DNA from: Acidobacteriota bacterium | Lineage (GTDB): Bacteria > Acidobacteriota > Polarisedimenticolia > Gp22-AA2 | Length of the DNA stretch: 64,000 nucleotides | Direction: 5' to 3' | Assembly: GCA_003223135.1 (NCBI GenBank) | Contig: QHXX01000038.1 | Span: 27,672 to 91,671 of the forward strand | Shown here: piece by piece, positions 18,094-28,176 of the stretch | Layout: the number at the start of each line of letters is the position of its first letter | How positions within the stretch are numbered: the first letter of the stretch is position 1 | Position numbers and translations under genes: made by a program | Notes under the pieces: model-generated | What the model saw: the letters and a program-made list of their open reading frames with translations, nothing else | What the model was told of the DNA's origin: nothing | The model's database searches: none

Positions 18094-19095
18094 ATGACGC
18101 GCGTTCTCGTAACCGGGGGAGCCGGGTTCATCGGCTCCCACTACGTCCACCACGCCCTCGCCGCCCATCCCGACTGGCACATCACGGTCCTCGACAAGCT
18201 GACCTATGCCGGCAACCTCGCGAATCTCGAGGACGTGAAGGACCATCCCCGCTACCGCTTCCTGTGCGGCGACATCGCGTCGCGACCGGACGTGGAGAAG
18301 GCAACGGAAGATGGGATGGACTGTATCTTCAACTTCGCGGCCGAGACGCATGTGGACCGATCCATCGGCCAGCCCGAGGGGTTCATCCGCACCGACATCT
18401 ACGGCGCCTACACGCTCCTGGAAGTCGCGCGACAGCGCAAAGCGAAGGCGTTCGTGCAGATCTCGACCGACGAGGTGTACGGGAGCGTCGCGCAGGGGCA
18501 GAGCCGCGAGACCGACGCCCTGATGCCGAGCAATCCCTATTCCGCGAGCAAGGCGGCCGCCGACCGCCTGGCCTATTCCTATTTCGCGACGTACGGGCTG
18601 CCCGTCTATATCAGCCGCGCATCGAACAATTTCGGTCCGCGCCAGTATCCCGAGAAGGTCATTCCGCTGTTCGTCACCAACGCCCTCGTGAACGAGCCGC
18701 TCCCCCTGTACGGCGACGGCGAGAACGTCCGCGACTGGCTGTTCGTGACCGATCACTGCATGGCCCTCGACGTGATGCTCGAGCGCGGCGCACCCGGCGA
18801 GGTCTACAACATCGGCGCGGGCAACGAGCGCCGCAACATCGAGATCACCCGGCTGATCCTCGATCGCCTGAACAAGCCCACAACCCTCGTCCGCCCTGTG
18901 CAGGACCGGCCGGGGCACGATCGGCGCTACGCCCTCGACTGCTCCAAGATCCGGGCGCTCGGCTGGGCCCCGCGCGTGACGTTCGAACAGGGGCTGGAGC
19001 AGACGATCGCCTGGTACACGGAGAACCGCTCCTGGTGGCTGCCGATCAAGACGGGGGAGTACCTCGAGTACTACCGGAATCACTACCGCCTCTGA
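18094..19095 (+). CDS. rmlB: dTDP-glucose 4,6-dehydratase
   Basis: TGGAGFIGS Rossmann, STDEVYG, YSASKAA (YxxxK), strong full-length RmlB similarity. Confidence 0.95.
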   Translation: MTRVLVTGGAGFIGSHYVHHALAAHPDWHITVLDKLTYAGNLANLEDVKDHPRYRFLCGDIASRPDVEKATEDGMDCIFNFAAETHVDRSIGQPEGFIRTDIYGAYTLLEVARQRKAKAFVQISTDEVYGSVAQGQSRETDALMPSNPYSASKAAADRLAYSYFATYGLPVYISRASNNFGPRQYPEKVIPLFVTNALVNEPLPLYGDGENVRDWLFVTDHCMALDVMLERGAPGEVYNIGAGNERRNIEITRLILDRLNKPTTLVRPVQDRPGHDRRYALDCSKIRALGWAPRVTFEQGLEQTIAWYTENRSWWLPIKTGEYLEYYRNHYRL

Positions 19096-19765
19096 GCGAT
19101 TCCTCCACGTCGAGAGAGCGCAGGACACCGTTGGTCCCCAGCGTGAAAGTCATCTCGAGGAGCGGACGGCCGGGAAGCGACGTGTCCCAGTAGAACAGGT
19201 GACCCCGGAAGCCCTCCTCGACCTCGTCCGTCTCGATGCGCGACCATGCGTCCCGGGCGTCCAGGCTCTCCAAAAGGCGCTGCATCTCGGCTTCGCTTCC
19301 GCGCGCCCCTTCGAGGGCCACGACGTCCAGGGGCGTCAGGACGAGCTCGGGGAGAAGTCCCTCCAGACGCAGATCGCAGCCGATCATCTCGCGCGCGCTC
19401 GCGCGATCGAGGGACAGGCCGTCCCGCGCCACGGCCGCGCCGATCCGCCTTCGGGTCTCCTCCGCCGGCTGGGGAGGAACCCGCCCGAGGTTCGCCAGGT
19501 TCTCCGGCCACAGGCCGCGGACGCCGACGATCACCCAGGTCTCCGCGCAGGCGTTCGTGCAGACAACGTACAACCTCAAGTGTTTGAGGGGCGGGCAGGG
19601 AATCCTCTCGACCTCCACCCCGCCGATCCGCCCGGGATAGCGAGCGGAGAGCGCGGCGAGGCCGCGGCTGAGACCCTCCGGCGGATCGACGAGTGCCATG
19701 CCCCACAAGGCCACGATGGCCAGGAGCGCCATGAGGGCTCCGGCCAGCACACCGGTCCACCTCAC
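19046..19765 (-). CDS. hypothetical membrane-anchored protein, translationally coupled to upstream GT39/ArnT-like gene
   Basis: N-terminal TM LAGALMALLAIVALWGMAL; GTG start overlapping the ArnT-like TGA (GTGA); 3' end overlaps rmlB stop convergently by about 50 nt (true stop uncertain). Confidence 0.4.
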   Translation of the reverse strand: MRWTGVLAGALMALLAIVALWGMALVDPPEGLSRGLAALSARYPGRIGGVEVERIPCPPLKHLRLYVVCTNACAETWVIVGVRGLWPENLANLGRVPPQPAEETRRRIGAAVARDGLSLDRASAREMIGCDLRLEGLLPELVLTPLDVVALEGARGSEAEMQRLLESLDARDAWSRIETDEVEEGFRGHLFYWDTSLPGRPLLEMTFTLGTNGVLRSLDVEESLRGGSDSGSTRGTPPS

Positions 19766-21390
19766 CGCGCCGCGTCCTTCGACAACAGATGGTATGGCTG
19801 TCCCGCCACCGTGCCGCGGAGGTCTTCCACGACGCCGGGGAGCGCGGACAGATCGACCGCGCGCAGCAGGTCGTCCTCGATCAGAAGCTGCCGGGGACCG
19901 GGTCGCGAGAGATACTCGACGATGGCGGGCGGCGTGTCGGCCTCCTCGGCGAACCGGCCCGTGTAGAACACCCAGGCGTCACGCTTTTCTTCCGTCGTGG
20001 CGAAACCCGCCCGGGGATCCAGGCGCGTCTTCACGTCCGAGGCGAAGTGGCTGATGTTCTGGCGCCGGTTCACCCACGGCAGAAGGGCCTCCGTCGCCAC
20101 CAGGACCACGACGACGAGCGATCCCAGAAGACAGATCAAGGCACCCCCCGTGCGGCCCTTCGCGTGCAGGACCGCCGCCGCGACTGCCCCGGAAGCGAAG
20201 GCGAGCCCGATGGACGCTGCCACGAGGGTGAGCTCCGGATAGCGGTGGCGCGCCGCAAGCGGCAGTCCCGTCGCGAGGAGAAGCGCCGCCGCGGCCCACG
20301 CGATGAGGGGAGCGCGCAGGCGCCGCGCGCCGCCGGAGGAGACGTCCGACTCCCAGGCGCGGGCCAGGAGGCGCGCCACCAGGATCGCCGCCGCCGGGTA
20401 GAGCGGAATGATGTACACCCCGCGCTTGCCCGTCGAGAATGAGAAGAACAGGAGGATCGACGCGATCCAGGTCAGAAGGAAAAGCGCGGCGCTCCTGCGC
20501 TCGCGCTCCTCGCGCGACAGCGCCTGCGCGATGCCCCACGGCAGGAAGACGATCCAGGGGAAGAAGCCGACCGGGAAGCGCCACAGGTAATACCAGACGG
20601 GATGCGTCGCGTTCCACGCCCCGACGTAGCGCTCGACGTTCTGATGCATCAGGACCCAGAGCGCGTACCGGGGTCCCAGCCGCCAGGCGAACAGGCCGAA
20701 CCAGGACAGGGTGATCAGGAGGAAGAGGGCGATGCCGATCGGCGAAACGATGCGCCGAGCCGACCGGAAGTCGCGCTCGATGAGCGCCGACGGAAGCACC
20801 GCGAGGATCGGCAGGATCAGGCCCACGGGTCCCTTGGCCAGGGTCGCCAGCGCCATCATGACCCAGGCGAGGGCGATGCGGGTGCGCCCTCCGCCCTGCT
20901 CCGCGCGGCCCCGCCAGAGCAGCACGACGGCCGACAGGACGAAAAGGTTCAGCGTCATGTCGATCGCGGCCCAGCGGCCGCGCTCGAGGATCTGCAGGGA
21001 CGTGGCGAACACGAGCGCCGCGAGGAGACCGGTCCGCCGGTCGTAGAGCCAGGCACCCAGACGCTCGATCAGCAGGATTGCGAGAACCGCGGAGACCGCG
21101 GAAGGCAGCCGCGCCGCCCATTCGTCGATTCCCCCGAGGAGCCTCCCGAATCCATTGATCGCCCAGAAGAACAGCGGTGGCTTGTCGGTGTAAAGATGAT
21201 TATTGAGCGACAGCACCGAGTAATCTCCGCGGGCCCACATCTCCTTCGCCACGAGCGCGAAGCGCGGCTCGTCGGGCGGCCACAGGTCGTGAGAGCCGAG
21301 CCGCCAGAAGAACAGCACGAAGCCGGCGGCCAGGAGGAGCGCGAGACGGCGCCACGGACCGCGCGCGTTGACAGTGCCGGGTCCGTCCAT
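19762..21390 (-). CDS. GT39/ArnT-like polyprenyl-phosphate-sugar dependent glycosyltransferase (PMT_2 family), paralogue 1
   Basis: Multi-TM N-terminal domain with conserved DEPRFALVAKEM, YTDKPPLFFW, LAKGPVG motifs typical of ArnT/PMT-type C-glycosyltransferases; soluble C-terminal domain. Confidence 0.7.
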   Translation of the reverse strand: MDGPGTVNARGPWRRLALLLAAGFVLFFWRLGSHDLWPPDEPRFALVAKEMWARGDYSVLSLNNHLYTDKPPLFFWAINGFGRLLGGIDEWAARLPSAVSAVLAILLIERLGAWLYDRRTGLLAALVFATSLQILERGRWAAIDMTLNLFVLSAVVLLWRGRAEQGGGRTRIALAWVMMALATLAKGPVGLILPILAVLPSALIERDFRSARRIVSPIGIALFLLITLSWFGLFAWRLGPRYALWVLMHQNVERYVGAWNATHPVWYYLWRFPVGFFPWIVFLPWGIAQALSREERERRSAALFLLTWIASILLFFSFSTGKRGVYIIPLYPAAAILVARLLARAWESDVSSGGARRLRAPLIAWAAAALLLATGLPLAARHRYPELTLVAASIGLAFASGAVAAAVLHAKGRTGGALICLLGSLVVVVLVATEALLPWVNRRQNISHFASDVKTRLDPRAGFATTEEKRDAWVFYTGRFAEEADTPPAIVEYLSRPGPRQLLIEDDLLRAVDLSALPGVVEDLRGTVAGQPYHLLSKDAAR

Positions 21391-21441
21391 CTAGGATGCC
21401 CCCTCCCTGACGCGAGCGGACGCCGTTCCCGGAGACGACAG

Positions 21442-22002
21442 GTGACTGAGCGCAGCAGGACCCTCGGCCGCATTCGTCTCGCCGCCGTTTACGTCTTCAT
21501 CGCCGTCCTGATCGACGTGTCCCGCCCCACGCGGGCGTCTCTTCTGGCCGGAGCGACCCTCACACTCATCGGCGAGGCGATCCGGATCTGGGCGGCGGGA
21601 CACCTGACCAAGTCGGTCCGCCTCGTCACCTCCGGGCCGTACGCCTACACGCAGAACCCGCTGTATCTCGGGCGCCTGCTGATCCTCACCGGCCTCGCGA
21701 TCGCCGCGCGAACGGAAGGGTACCTGAACCTTCTCGCCCTTGCGCTGGGGTACGCCGTCTTCTTCTTTTATTACATCCCGCGCAAGCTGCGGGTGGAAGG
21801 AGGGCGTCTCGCCGGCCTGCACGGAGAGGCGTTCGAACAGTACCACCGGAGCGTGCCGATCCTGGTCCCGCGGCTCCGCCGCTATCCCGGCGGCCGGGAG
21901 GGATGGTCTTTCCGCCTCATCGTGGCGAACCAGGAGCCCCTCGTCCTGACCGGCATCGTGCTGGTGCTCGCCCTGCTGGCGTGGAAGACAGCGCATCCCT
22001 GA
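21442..22002 (+). CDS. isoprenylcysteine carboxyl methyltransferase / phospholipid methyltransferase-family membrane methyltransferase
   Basis: VTSGPYAYTQNPLYLG (ICMT/PEMT signature), 4-5 TM helices; GTG start with GGAG RBS; 51-bp divergent spacer to ArnT-like gene 1. Confidence 0.7.
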   Translation: MTERSRTLGRIRLAAVYVFIAVLIDVSRPTRASLLAGATLTLIGEAIRIWAAGHLTKSVRLVTSGPYAYTQNPLYLGRLLILTGLAIAARTEGYLNLLALALGYAVFFFYYIPRKLRVEGGRLAGLHGEAFEQYHRSVPILVPRLRRYPGGREGWSFRLIVANQEPLVLTGIVLVLALLAWKTAHP

Positions 22003-22040
22003 GCGGATATGCCGCGGGGCGAGCGGCGCGCGACGGGATC

Positions 22041-23090
22041 TCATCCCGCAGCCGCCCGGCCGGCCACTCCCGCCACGAGGTCCGCCAGTCGCGCGCCGAC
22101 GGCCGAGGCCTCATAATGCTCCTCGACCAGCGCCCGGCCGCGCTCTCCCATCTCCAGGGCGAGCCGCGGATCGGCGACGAGGCGGCGGAGGCGATCGGCC
22201 CACTCGTCCGTCGTGCGCGCGAAGAACCCCGTCTCGTTCTCCCGCACCAGGTCGCGGTTCGCGCCGACCGGCGAGCAGACGACCGGCAGCCCCGCGGCCT
22301 GGTACATGAGGATCTTCAGCCCGCACTTCCCCTGGGAGAACGCCGTGTCGTCGAGCGGCATCACCCCGAGGTCGAGGTCCAGGAGGGCCGAGGGCTCGTC
22401 CTCCAGGCTCCACGTGATCGTCTCCGTCGGCACGCCCGGCAGATCGACAAACTCGCTGCAGATCTGGACGAAGATCCCGCCCGTCTCCGCGAGCACGCGT
22501 CGCAGCGGCTCCGCCAGGGCGGGCAGGTACCGCAGACTCGGGCGGCTCCCGACCCAGCCGATGCGCGGCGCCCTCCCCCCGGCACGCCGCGCCTCGCGCG
22601 CCCTCCGCAGCGCACCGTCCGGAAAGAGACGCAGATCGACGGCGGTCGGAAGCACCGTCACGTCCCGGGCGAAGCGCGCTGCGTATTCGGCGAGGAAGCG
22701 GTTACCGGCGATCACCCTGTGGCTGCGCCGGAGCACAGCCGCGAGCCGCCTGCGGCGCGAGGCGGCGCGTTTCTCCGCCCGCTCCGCCCCGAAACGCTCG
22801 CGCTCGTCGGGGCTGACCGTGAACACGGCGTCGTCGAGATCGAACAGGATCGGCGCGGGGCCGAGCAGGAGCGGCAGCTTCCAGCGCGCGAACAGCTTCT
22901 TCTGGACCAGGACGGCGTGGGAGCGGCGTGCGCGGCGCGCCAGGTCCGCCAGATCGGCCGCCCGGCGTCTTTTCGCCACGAAGACGTCGGCGTCGATGCC
23001 GCGCCCCTTCAGGAGAGCCAGGTGCTGCAGGACCCGCAGCCGACTGCTCGGATGTTCGACCCCGCCGTTGAGGATACACAGAACGCGCAA
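22041..23090 (-). CDS. GT4-family (GT1-fold) glycosyltransferase
   Basis: C-terminal GT-B motifs (LDLGVMPL..., E-x7-E region ENETGFFA), N-terminal LRVLCILNGG; preferred start TTG at 23090 with GGGAGG RBS; ORF-track ATG at 23174 would add 28 residues. Confidence 0.75.
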   Translation of the reverse strand: MRVLCILNGGVEHPSSRLRVLQHLALLKGRGIDADVFVAKRRRAADLADLARRARRSHAVLVQKKLFARWKLPLLLGPAPILFDLDDAVFTVSPDERERFGAERAEKRAASRRRRLAAVLRRSHRVIAGNRFLAEYAARFARDVTVLPTAVDLRLFPDGALRRAREARRAGGRAPRIGWVGSRPSLRYLPALAEPLRRVLAETGGIFVQICSEFVDLPGVPTETITWSLEDEPSALLDLDLGVMPLDDTAFSQGKCGLKILMYQAAGLPVVCSPVGANRDLVRENETGFFARTTDEWADRLRRLVADPRLALEMGERGRALVEEHYEASAVGARLADLVAGVAGRAAAG

Positions 23091-23202
23091 CCTACCTCCC
23101 GGTGACGCGCACCACGCCCGGCGCGGGGTCGATGGCGACCCTCCCGAGAGCGTCCCGCCATCCGCGGTCCCCATGATTATGAGCCGACCGGCGGGAGCCC
23201 GG

Positions 23203-24855
23203 TCACGGCCCCCCCATGCCCGGCATCGATCGTTCTTCCACGGTGCCGGCCCCGCCCGCCACGAGGAGCATCGTGCGGTGTCCGACCTGCTGTCGGTCCA
23301 GGACCTCCAGGTTCGGGTCGAGAGCCCGCCGCTCCGCCTCGTAGACGTCGTCCTCGATGAGACAGAAAGAGCGCCTCCCCGAGGAAAAATACTGTCTGAG
23401 CTCCTCGCGGTCGCGCAGGACCGGGATGAAGCGCCCGGTGTAGTAGACGTACGTCGGATGGTAGTCCGGATACATGGCCAGCGGCCGGTCGCCGACGACC
23501 CCCAAGATTCGATGGCAGAAGGCGCGGGCGGACTTGTGAGGGTCGAGGGCCGGCAGGACGGCGATCGGGATCACCAGGTAGGTGACCACAAGCCCGGTGC
23601 TGAAGGCCGCCAGGGCGGCTCCGCCCCCGCGGCGCCGGTGCACGACGAGGGCCAGGAGCGTCCCCAGACACGCCACCGACGCCAGGAGGGCCGCCGGACC
23701 CAGCAGGTCGGGGGCCTGGACCCTGAGCTTCGGCAGCACCACGATCGCACCGCCGAGCGCCAGCAGGAGCGAGGTCCCGAGCAACCAGGAGATCGGGCGG
23801 TCGGCCGGCGATGGTTCCCAGCCGAGGAGGGCCAGGTCCCACACGCGCGCCACGAGAAGGGCGAGAAGCGGAAGGAGCGGCAGGAGGTACACGCCGCGTT
23901 TCTCGACCGACAGGCCGAACACGGTGAAGGTGACCAGGATCCATGAATAGACGTAGGCGTTGTCCCTGTCGGGCCGCGCGCCGCGCCGGGGAAGGGTCTG
24001 CCAGAGGGCCGCGGGGAGCAGGAGCACCCAGGGGAAGAATTCCGCCGCCAGGCTGATCAGGACGTGGTAGAACGGATGCGCGTGGTGCTCGCCGCGCGTG
24101 AAGCGGTGCGCCAGACGGAGGAGAAGCGCCTCCAGCGGGAACGCTTCGCCGGTGCTGCGGTAGGCGGCGACCCACAGGCCGGCCGGAACGAGGGCCAGCG
24201 GCAGGCCCCAGGCCAGCCCCATGCGCCTCACGAAACCGAGGTCGCGCGACGAGGCCAGGAACACGATGACGGACAGCAGGGGAATCAGGAGACCGTGCGG
24301 TCCCTTGGTGAGATTCGCCAGACCGATCGATAGATAGAAGACCGCCAGGAAACGCCGATCCCCCCCGGCACGGTAGGCCTGGTGGAACGCCACGCACGAG
24401 AGCAGAAGCCAGAACGTCCACAGCATGTCGGGATGGGCCCAGCGTGCCTCCATGAAATAGCCGTAGGTCGTCGCCAGAATGACGGCCGCGAGCGCCCCGG
24501 TGCGCCGGCCGAACAGACCACGGCCCAGGTAAAAGACCACGAACAGGCCGAGGAGGGCCGCCAGGCTCGACGGCAGGCGAAGCGCGAATTCCGTGGGCCT
24601 CCCCGCCGGCAGCGAGGCGAGCGCCCCCAGCCAGGGGTACAGAGGCGGCTTCTCGAAATAGAGCTGCTGGTTGTCGCGCAGGACGGCCCATGACCCGGTC
24701 AGATGGATCTCGCGTACGACTTCCCCGACGTCCGGCTCGTCGGGGGCCCAGAGGTCGTGCCCGCCCAGGCCGGTGGCGAAGAGCGCAACACCGAGAAGGA
24801 GGAGCAGCAGGAGGCAGTTCCGGTCGCTCCGGAAGATGCGGATCGCCAGGGACAT
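23203..24855 (-). CDS. GT39/ArnT-like glycosyltransferase (PMT_2 family), paralogue 2
   Basis: Same architecture and motifs as 19762..21390 (DEPDVGEVVREI, YFEKPPLYPW, LTKGPHG); multi-TM plus C-terminal soluble domain. Confidence 0.7.
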   Translation of the reverse strand: MSLAIRIFRSDRNCLLLLLLLGVALFATGLGGHDLWAPDEPDVGEVVREIHLTGSWAVLRDNQQLYFEKPPLYPWLGALASLPAGRPTEFALRLPSSLAALLGLFVVFYLGRGLFGRRTGALAAVILATTYGYFMEARWAHPDMLWTFWLLLSCVAFHQAYRAGGDRRFLAVFYLSIGLANLTKGPHGLLIPLLSVIVFLASSRDLGFVRRMGLAWGLPLALVPAGLWVAAYRSTGEAFPLEALLLRLAHRFTRGEHHAHPFYHVLISLAAEFFPWVLLLPAALWQTLPRRGARPDRDNAYVYSWILVTFTVFGLSVEKRGVYLLPLLPLLALLVARVWDLALLGWEPSPADRPISWLLGTSLLLALGGAIVVLPKLRVQAPDLLGPAALLASVACLGTLLALVVHRRRGGGAALAAFSTGLVVTYLVIPIAVLPALDPHKSARAFCHRILGVVGDRPLAMYPDYHPTYVYYTGRFIPVLRDREELRQYFSSGRRSFCLIEDDVYEAERRALDPNLEVLDRQQVGHRTMLLVAGGAGTVEERSMPGMGGP

Positions 24856-24911
24856 TCTTTCGTGGCTCCCGGCCCCGAAACGGGCCCGACACCGCGGAGG
24901 TCGAGGATCGC

Positions 24912-26780
24912 TCAGAGGACCGAGGCCTCCGGTGCCGGCCGATCGTCGCGGAATTGCAGCGCGTACAGACGCGCGTAGTGGCCCTTGCGCGCCAGAAGTT
25001 CCGGGTGCGTGCCGCGCTCGACCAGGGAACCCTCGTCGAGGACCAGGATGACATCGGCCCGGCGTACGGTCGAGAGGCGATGGGCAATGACGAACACGGT
25101 CCGCCCGGTCATCAAGTTCTGGAGGGCGCCCTGCACCTCGGCTTCCGATTCCATGTCCAGAGACGACGTCGCCTCGTCCAGGATGAGAATCGGGGAGTCC
25201 TTCAAGATGGCCCGGGCGATCGAGATCCTCTGCCTCTGCCCCAGTGACAGCCGGTGGCCGGCCTCCCCGAGCGTCGTGTCGAATCCGCGCGGCAGCGCCT
25301 CGATGAACTGCTCGGCGTGGGCGGCGCGCGCCGCCGCCGTCACCCTGTCCAACGGCACGTCGGCCCGGCCGTAGGCGATGTTGTTGCGCACGGTGTCGTC
25401 AAACAGAATCACCTCCTGCGTGACGATCCCGATCTGCGCGCGAAGCGACGCCAGCGACACTTCGCGGACGTCCCGGCCGTCGATGAGCACCGCCCCCTTG
25501 TTCACGTCGTAGAATCGCGGCAGCAGGTTCACCAGGGTCGACTTGCCGGCCCCGCTGGAACCGACCAGGGCGACGACCGTGCCGGCGGGAACGACGAGGT
25601 CGACGCCCCGAAGGACCGGCGCCTGGCCGTAGGCGAAGTGCACGCCCCGGAACTCGATCCGGTCGCGGAACGGCGGCAGATCCAGGGCCGCCGGTTTTTC
25701 GCGGATGCGGTTCGGCAGGTCCATAAGCTGGAAGACGCGCTGGGCCGCCGCCATCGCCTGCTGCACCTCGTTGTTGATCTTCACAAGGTTCTTGATCGAT
25801 CCGTAGATCATGAACAGAGCGGCGAAGAAGGTGAAGACATCGGCGGGGGAGAGCTTCCCCGCGTGGATGCGCTGCAGGGCGTAGGCCAGGAGGATGGCGG
25901 CCCCGATGGCGCCGACCAGCTCCAGCACGGGGGCGGTCAGCGACACCAGCCGCGCCGCCCGTTTCTCGGCATTCTGGATACGGTCGAGGGCCCTGCGGAA
26001 GCGCCCGATCTCGAACTCCTCCATCCCGAAGCCCTGCACGATGCGCGTTCCGGTGATCCCCTCCTTCATCACGTCGACCGCCTCGCCCATCTTCTCCTGG
26101 CTCCGCCGGCTGGTGGCCTTGAGGCGCGCCCCGAAGCGCGCCACCGGATAGACGAGCAGGGGCAGGAGGATCAGGCAGAAGGAGGCGAGCCGCGCGTTGA
26201 GGTAGAACAGCCAGGCGGCCTGCCCGATGACGATCGCCCCGAGACGGAACACCTCGGCGAGGTCGCCGGACACGAGTCTCTGGAGCCGCCCCACGTCGTT
26301 CACCACGCGGGAGATCAGGCTGCCCGTCGGGTGATCCGAGAAGAACGCCAGCGATTGTCTCTGGACCCGCGCGTACAGGTCGGCGCGGAGATCACGCACC
26401 GCCTGCAGGCCCGCCGAGCGCGTCAGGTACGAGGCGAGGTAGGTGAAGATCCCCTTGAGGACGAACAGCACGACGATCAGAACCGCGATCAGGATGATCG
26501 TGCCCTTCGTCCCGCCGCCCAGCCAGCGGGCGAACGGCAGGCCGGGCGCATCCGTCCCGCCGGCGCCGAGGAGCTTCCTGAGGTGATCGAACGGCCGGGT
26601 CTTGCCGGCGGCGGCGCCCGGGAGCGTCACGGCACCCGGGAAGAGCAGCTCCAGGATCGGCTGGATGAGGACCAGGAGGCCCACATAGACGAGGGAGATG
26701 AGAACGGAGCACACGGCGGCCGCGATCAGGCGGCCGAGGTAGGGCCGCACGTAGCGCAGCAGCCGGCGAAAATCCTTCAT
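24912..26780 (-). CDS. msbA: ABC transporter ATP-binding/permease, MsbA-like lipid A/lipid exporter
   Basis: 6-TM exporter domain plus NBD with Walker A GSSGAGKST, signature LSLGQRQR, Walker B ILILDEATS; GAGGA RBS. Confidence 0.85.
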   Translation of the reverse strand: MKDFRRLLRYVRPYLGRLIAAAVCSVLISLVYVGLLVLIQPILELLFPGAVTLPGAAAGKTRPFDHLRKLLGAGGTDAPGLPFARWLGGGTKGTIILIAVLIVVLFVLKGIFTYLASYLTRSAGLQAVRDLRADLYARVQRQSLAFFSDHPTGSLISRVVNDVGRLQRLVSGDLAEVFRLGAIVIGQAAWLFYLNARLASFCLILLPLLVYPVARFGARLKATSRRSQEKMGEAVDVMKEGITGTRIVQGFGMEEFEIGRFRRALDRIQNAEKRAARLVSLTAPVLELVGAIGAAILLAYALQRIHAGKLSPADVFTFFAALFMIYGSIKNLVKINNEVQQAMAAAQRVFQLMDLPNRIREKPAALDLPPFRDRIEFRGVHFAYGQAPVLRGVDLVVPAGTVVALVGSSGAGKSTLVNLLPRFYDVNKGAVLIDGRDVREVSLASLRAQIGIVTQEVILFDDTVRNNIAYGRADVPLDRVTAAARAAHAEQFIEALPRGFDTTLGEAGHRLSLGQRQRISIARAILKDSPILILDEATSSLDMESEAEVQGALQNLMTGRTVFVIAHRLSTVRRADVILVLDEGSLVERGTHPELLARKGHYARLYALQFRDDRPAPEASVL

Positions 26781-26851
26781 CGGTCCTCAGCAGAGAGTGG
26801 GCGGGAGGTTCCTCGCGCCGGGCGGCTCGAGCCGCGCTTCATCCGCGCGTC

Positions 26852-27274
26852 TCAGCGCGGCGGGATCTCCAGGGCGCTGAAGAAGTAGCCGATCTCGAAG
26901 CTGGCGGTCGCCGGCCCGTCCGACCCGTGCACGATGTTCTTCTCGATCGAGGAGGCGAAATCCTTTCGGATCGTGCCGGCGCCGGCCTTGGCGGGGTCGG
27001 TGGAGCCCATGACGGTCCGGACCCTGGCGATGGCGTCTTCTCCTTCGAGCACCATCGGCACGATCGGTCCCGAGGACATGAACGCGACGAGCGACGCGAA
27101 GAATGGACGCTCGCGGTGCACGTGGTAGAACCCCTCGGCCTCCCCGCGGTCCAGGCGAACCATTTTCAGCGCCACGACCTTCAGGCCGGCGGCCTCGAAG
27201 CGGCGCACCACCTCTCCGATAAGATTTTTCGCGACACCGTCCGGCTTCACGATGGACAGAGTTCTCTCGATCAC
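26852..27274 (-). CDS. ndk: nucleoside diphosphate kinase
   Basis: [21 protein letters not shown] active-site His, 140 aa. Confidence 0.95.
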   Translation of the reverse strand: MIERTLSIVKPDGVAKNLIGEVVRRFEAAGLKVVALKMVRLDRGEAEGFYHVHRERPFFASLVAFMSSGPIVPMVLEGEDAIARVRTVMGSTDPAKAGAGTIRKDFASSIEKNIVHGSDGPATASFEIGYFFSALEIPPR

Positions 27275-28176
27275 GCTCGCCCCCGCGCGCCCGCAGAGGG
27301 GGCCGCCTCCCGCAACAGCGCCTCGACCGCCTCGCCGATCTCGGCGGGACTCTGCAGGACGCGCGCGCCATACTCCTGCAGTGCCGCCATCTTCTCGGCC
27401 GCGGTCCCGTGTCCCCCGGCGATGATCGCGCCGGCATGCCCCATCCGCTTGCCGGGCGGGGCGGTCTGCCCCGCCACGAACGCGACCATCGGCTTGTTCA
27501 GATCACGGGCGGCATAGCGCGCCGCCTCCTCCTCAGCGCCGCCGCCGATCTCGCCGATGAGCACGATGACACGCGTCTCCGCGTCGTCACGGAACAGCGC
27601 GAGGGCGTCCACGAAGGTGGTCCCGATGATCGGATCGCCCCCGATGCCGAGGCAGGTGCTCTGCCCGATGCCGCGCTTCGAGAGCTGCGCCACCGCCTCG
27701 TAGGTCAGGGTTCCGCTGCGCGAGATCACGCCGACCGGCCCCGGCTTGTGGATGTAGCCCGGCATGATGCCGATCTTGCACTTGCCGGGGGAAATGATTC
27801 CCGGGCAGTTCGGCCCGATCAGGCGCGTCGGGCCGTCCTCGAGCGCGGCCGCGACCCGCACCATGTCGGAGGCGGGGATTCCCTCCGTGATGCAGACCGC
27901 CAGCTTCAATCGAGCGTCGGCGGCCTCCAGGATGGCGTCGGCGGCGGCGGCCGGCGGGACGAAGATCATCGAGGCGTCGGCCCCCGTTTTCTCGACGGCC
28001 TCCAGGACCGTGTCGAAGACCGTGATCCCCTCGTGCACCGTGCCGCCACGGCCTGGGGTGACGCCGGCGACGATCTTCGTGCCGTACTCGCGGCAGCCGC
28101 GGGCGTGGAACGTCCCCTCGCGCCCGGTGATCCCCTGCACGATGACGCGCGTGTTCTGGTCGACCAGGATGCTCAT
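27271..28176 (-). CDS. sucD: succinate--CoA ligase alpha subunit
   Basis: [18 protein letters not shown], CoA-binding GxxG, phospho-His loop GHAGAII; internal ATG of ORF 27271..28560; 4-nt overlap with sucC and ndk. Confidence 0.95.
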   Translation of the reverse strand: MSILVDQNTRVIVQGITGREGTFHARGCREYGTKIVAGVTPGRGGTVHEGITVFDTVLEAVEKTGADASMIFVPPAAAADAILEAADARLKLAVCITEGIPASDMVRVAAALEDGPTRLIGPNCPGIISPGKCKIGIMPGYIHKPGPVGVISRSGTLTYEAVAQLSKRGIGQSTCLGIGGDPIIGTTFVDALALFRDDAETRVIVLIGEIGGGAEEEAARYAARDLNKPMVAFVAGQTAPPGKRMGHAGAIIAGGHGTAAEKMAALQEYGARVLQSPAEIGEAVEALLREAAPSAGARGRA

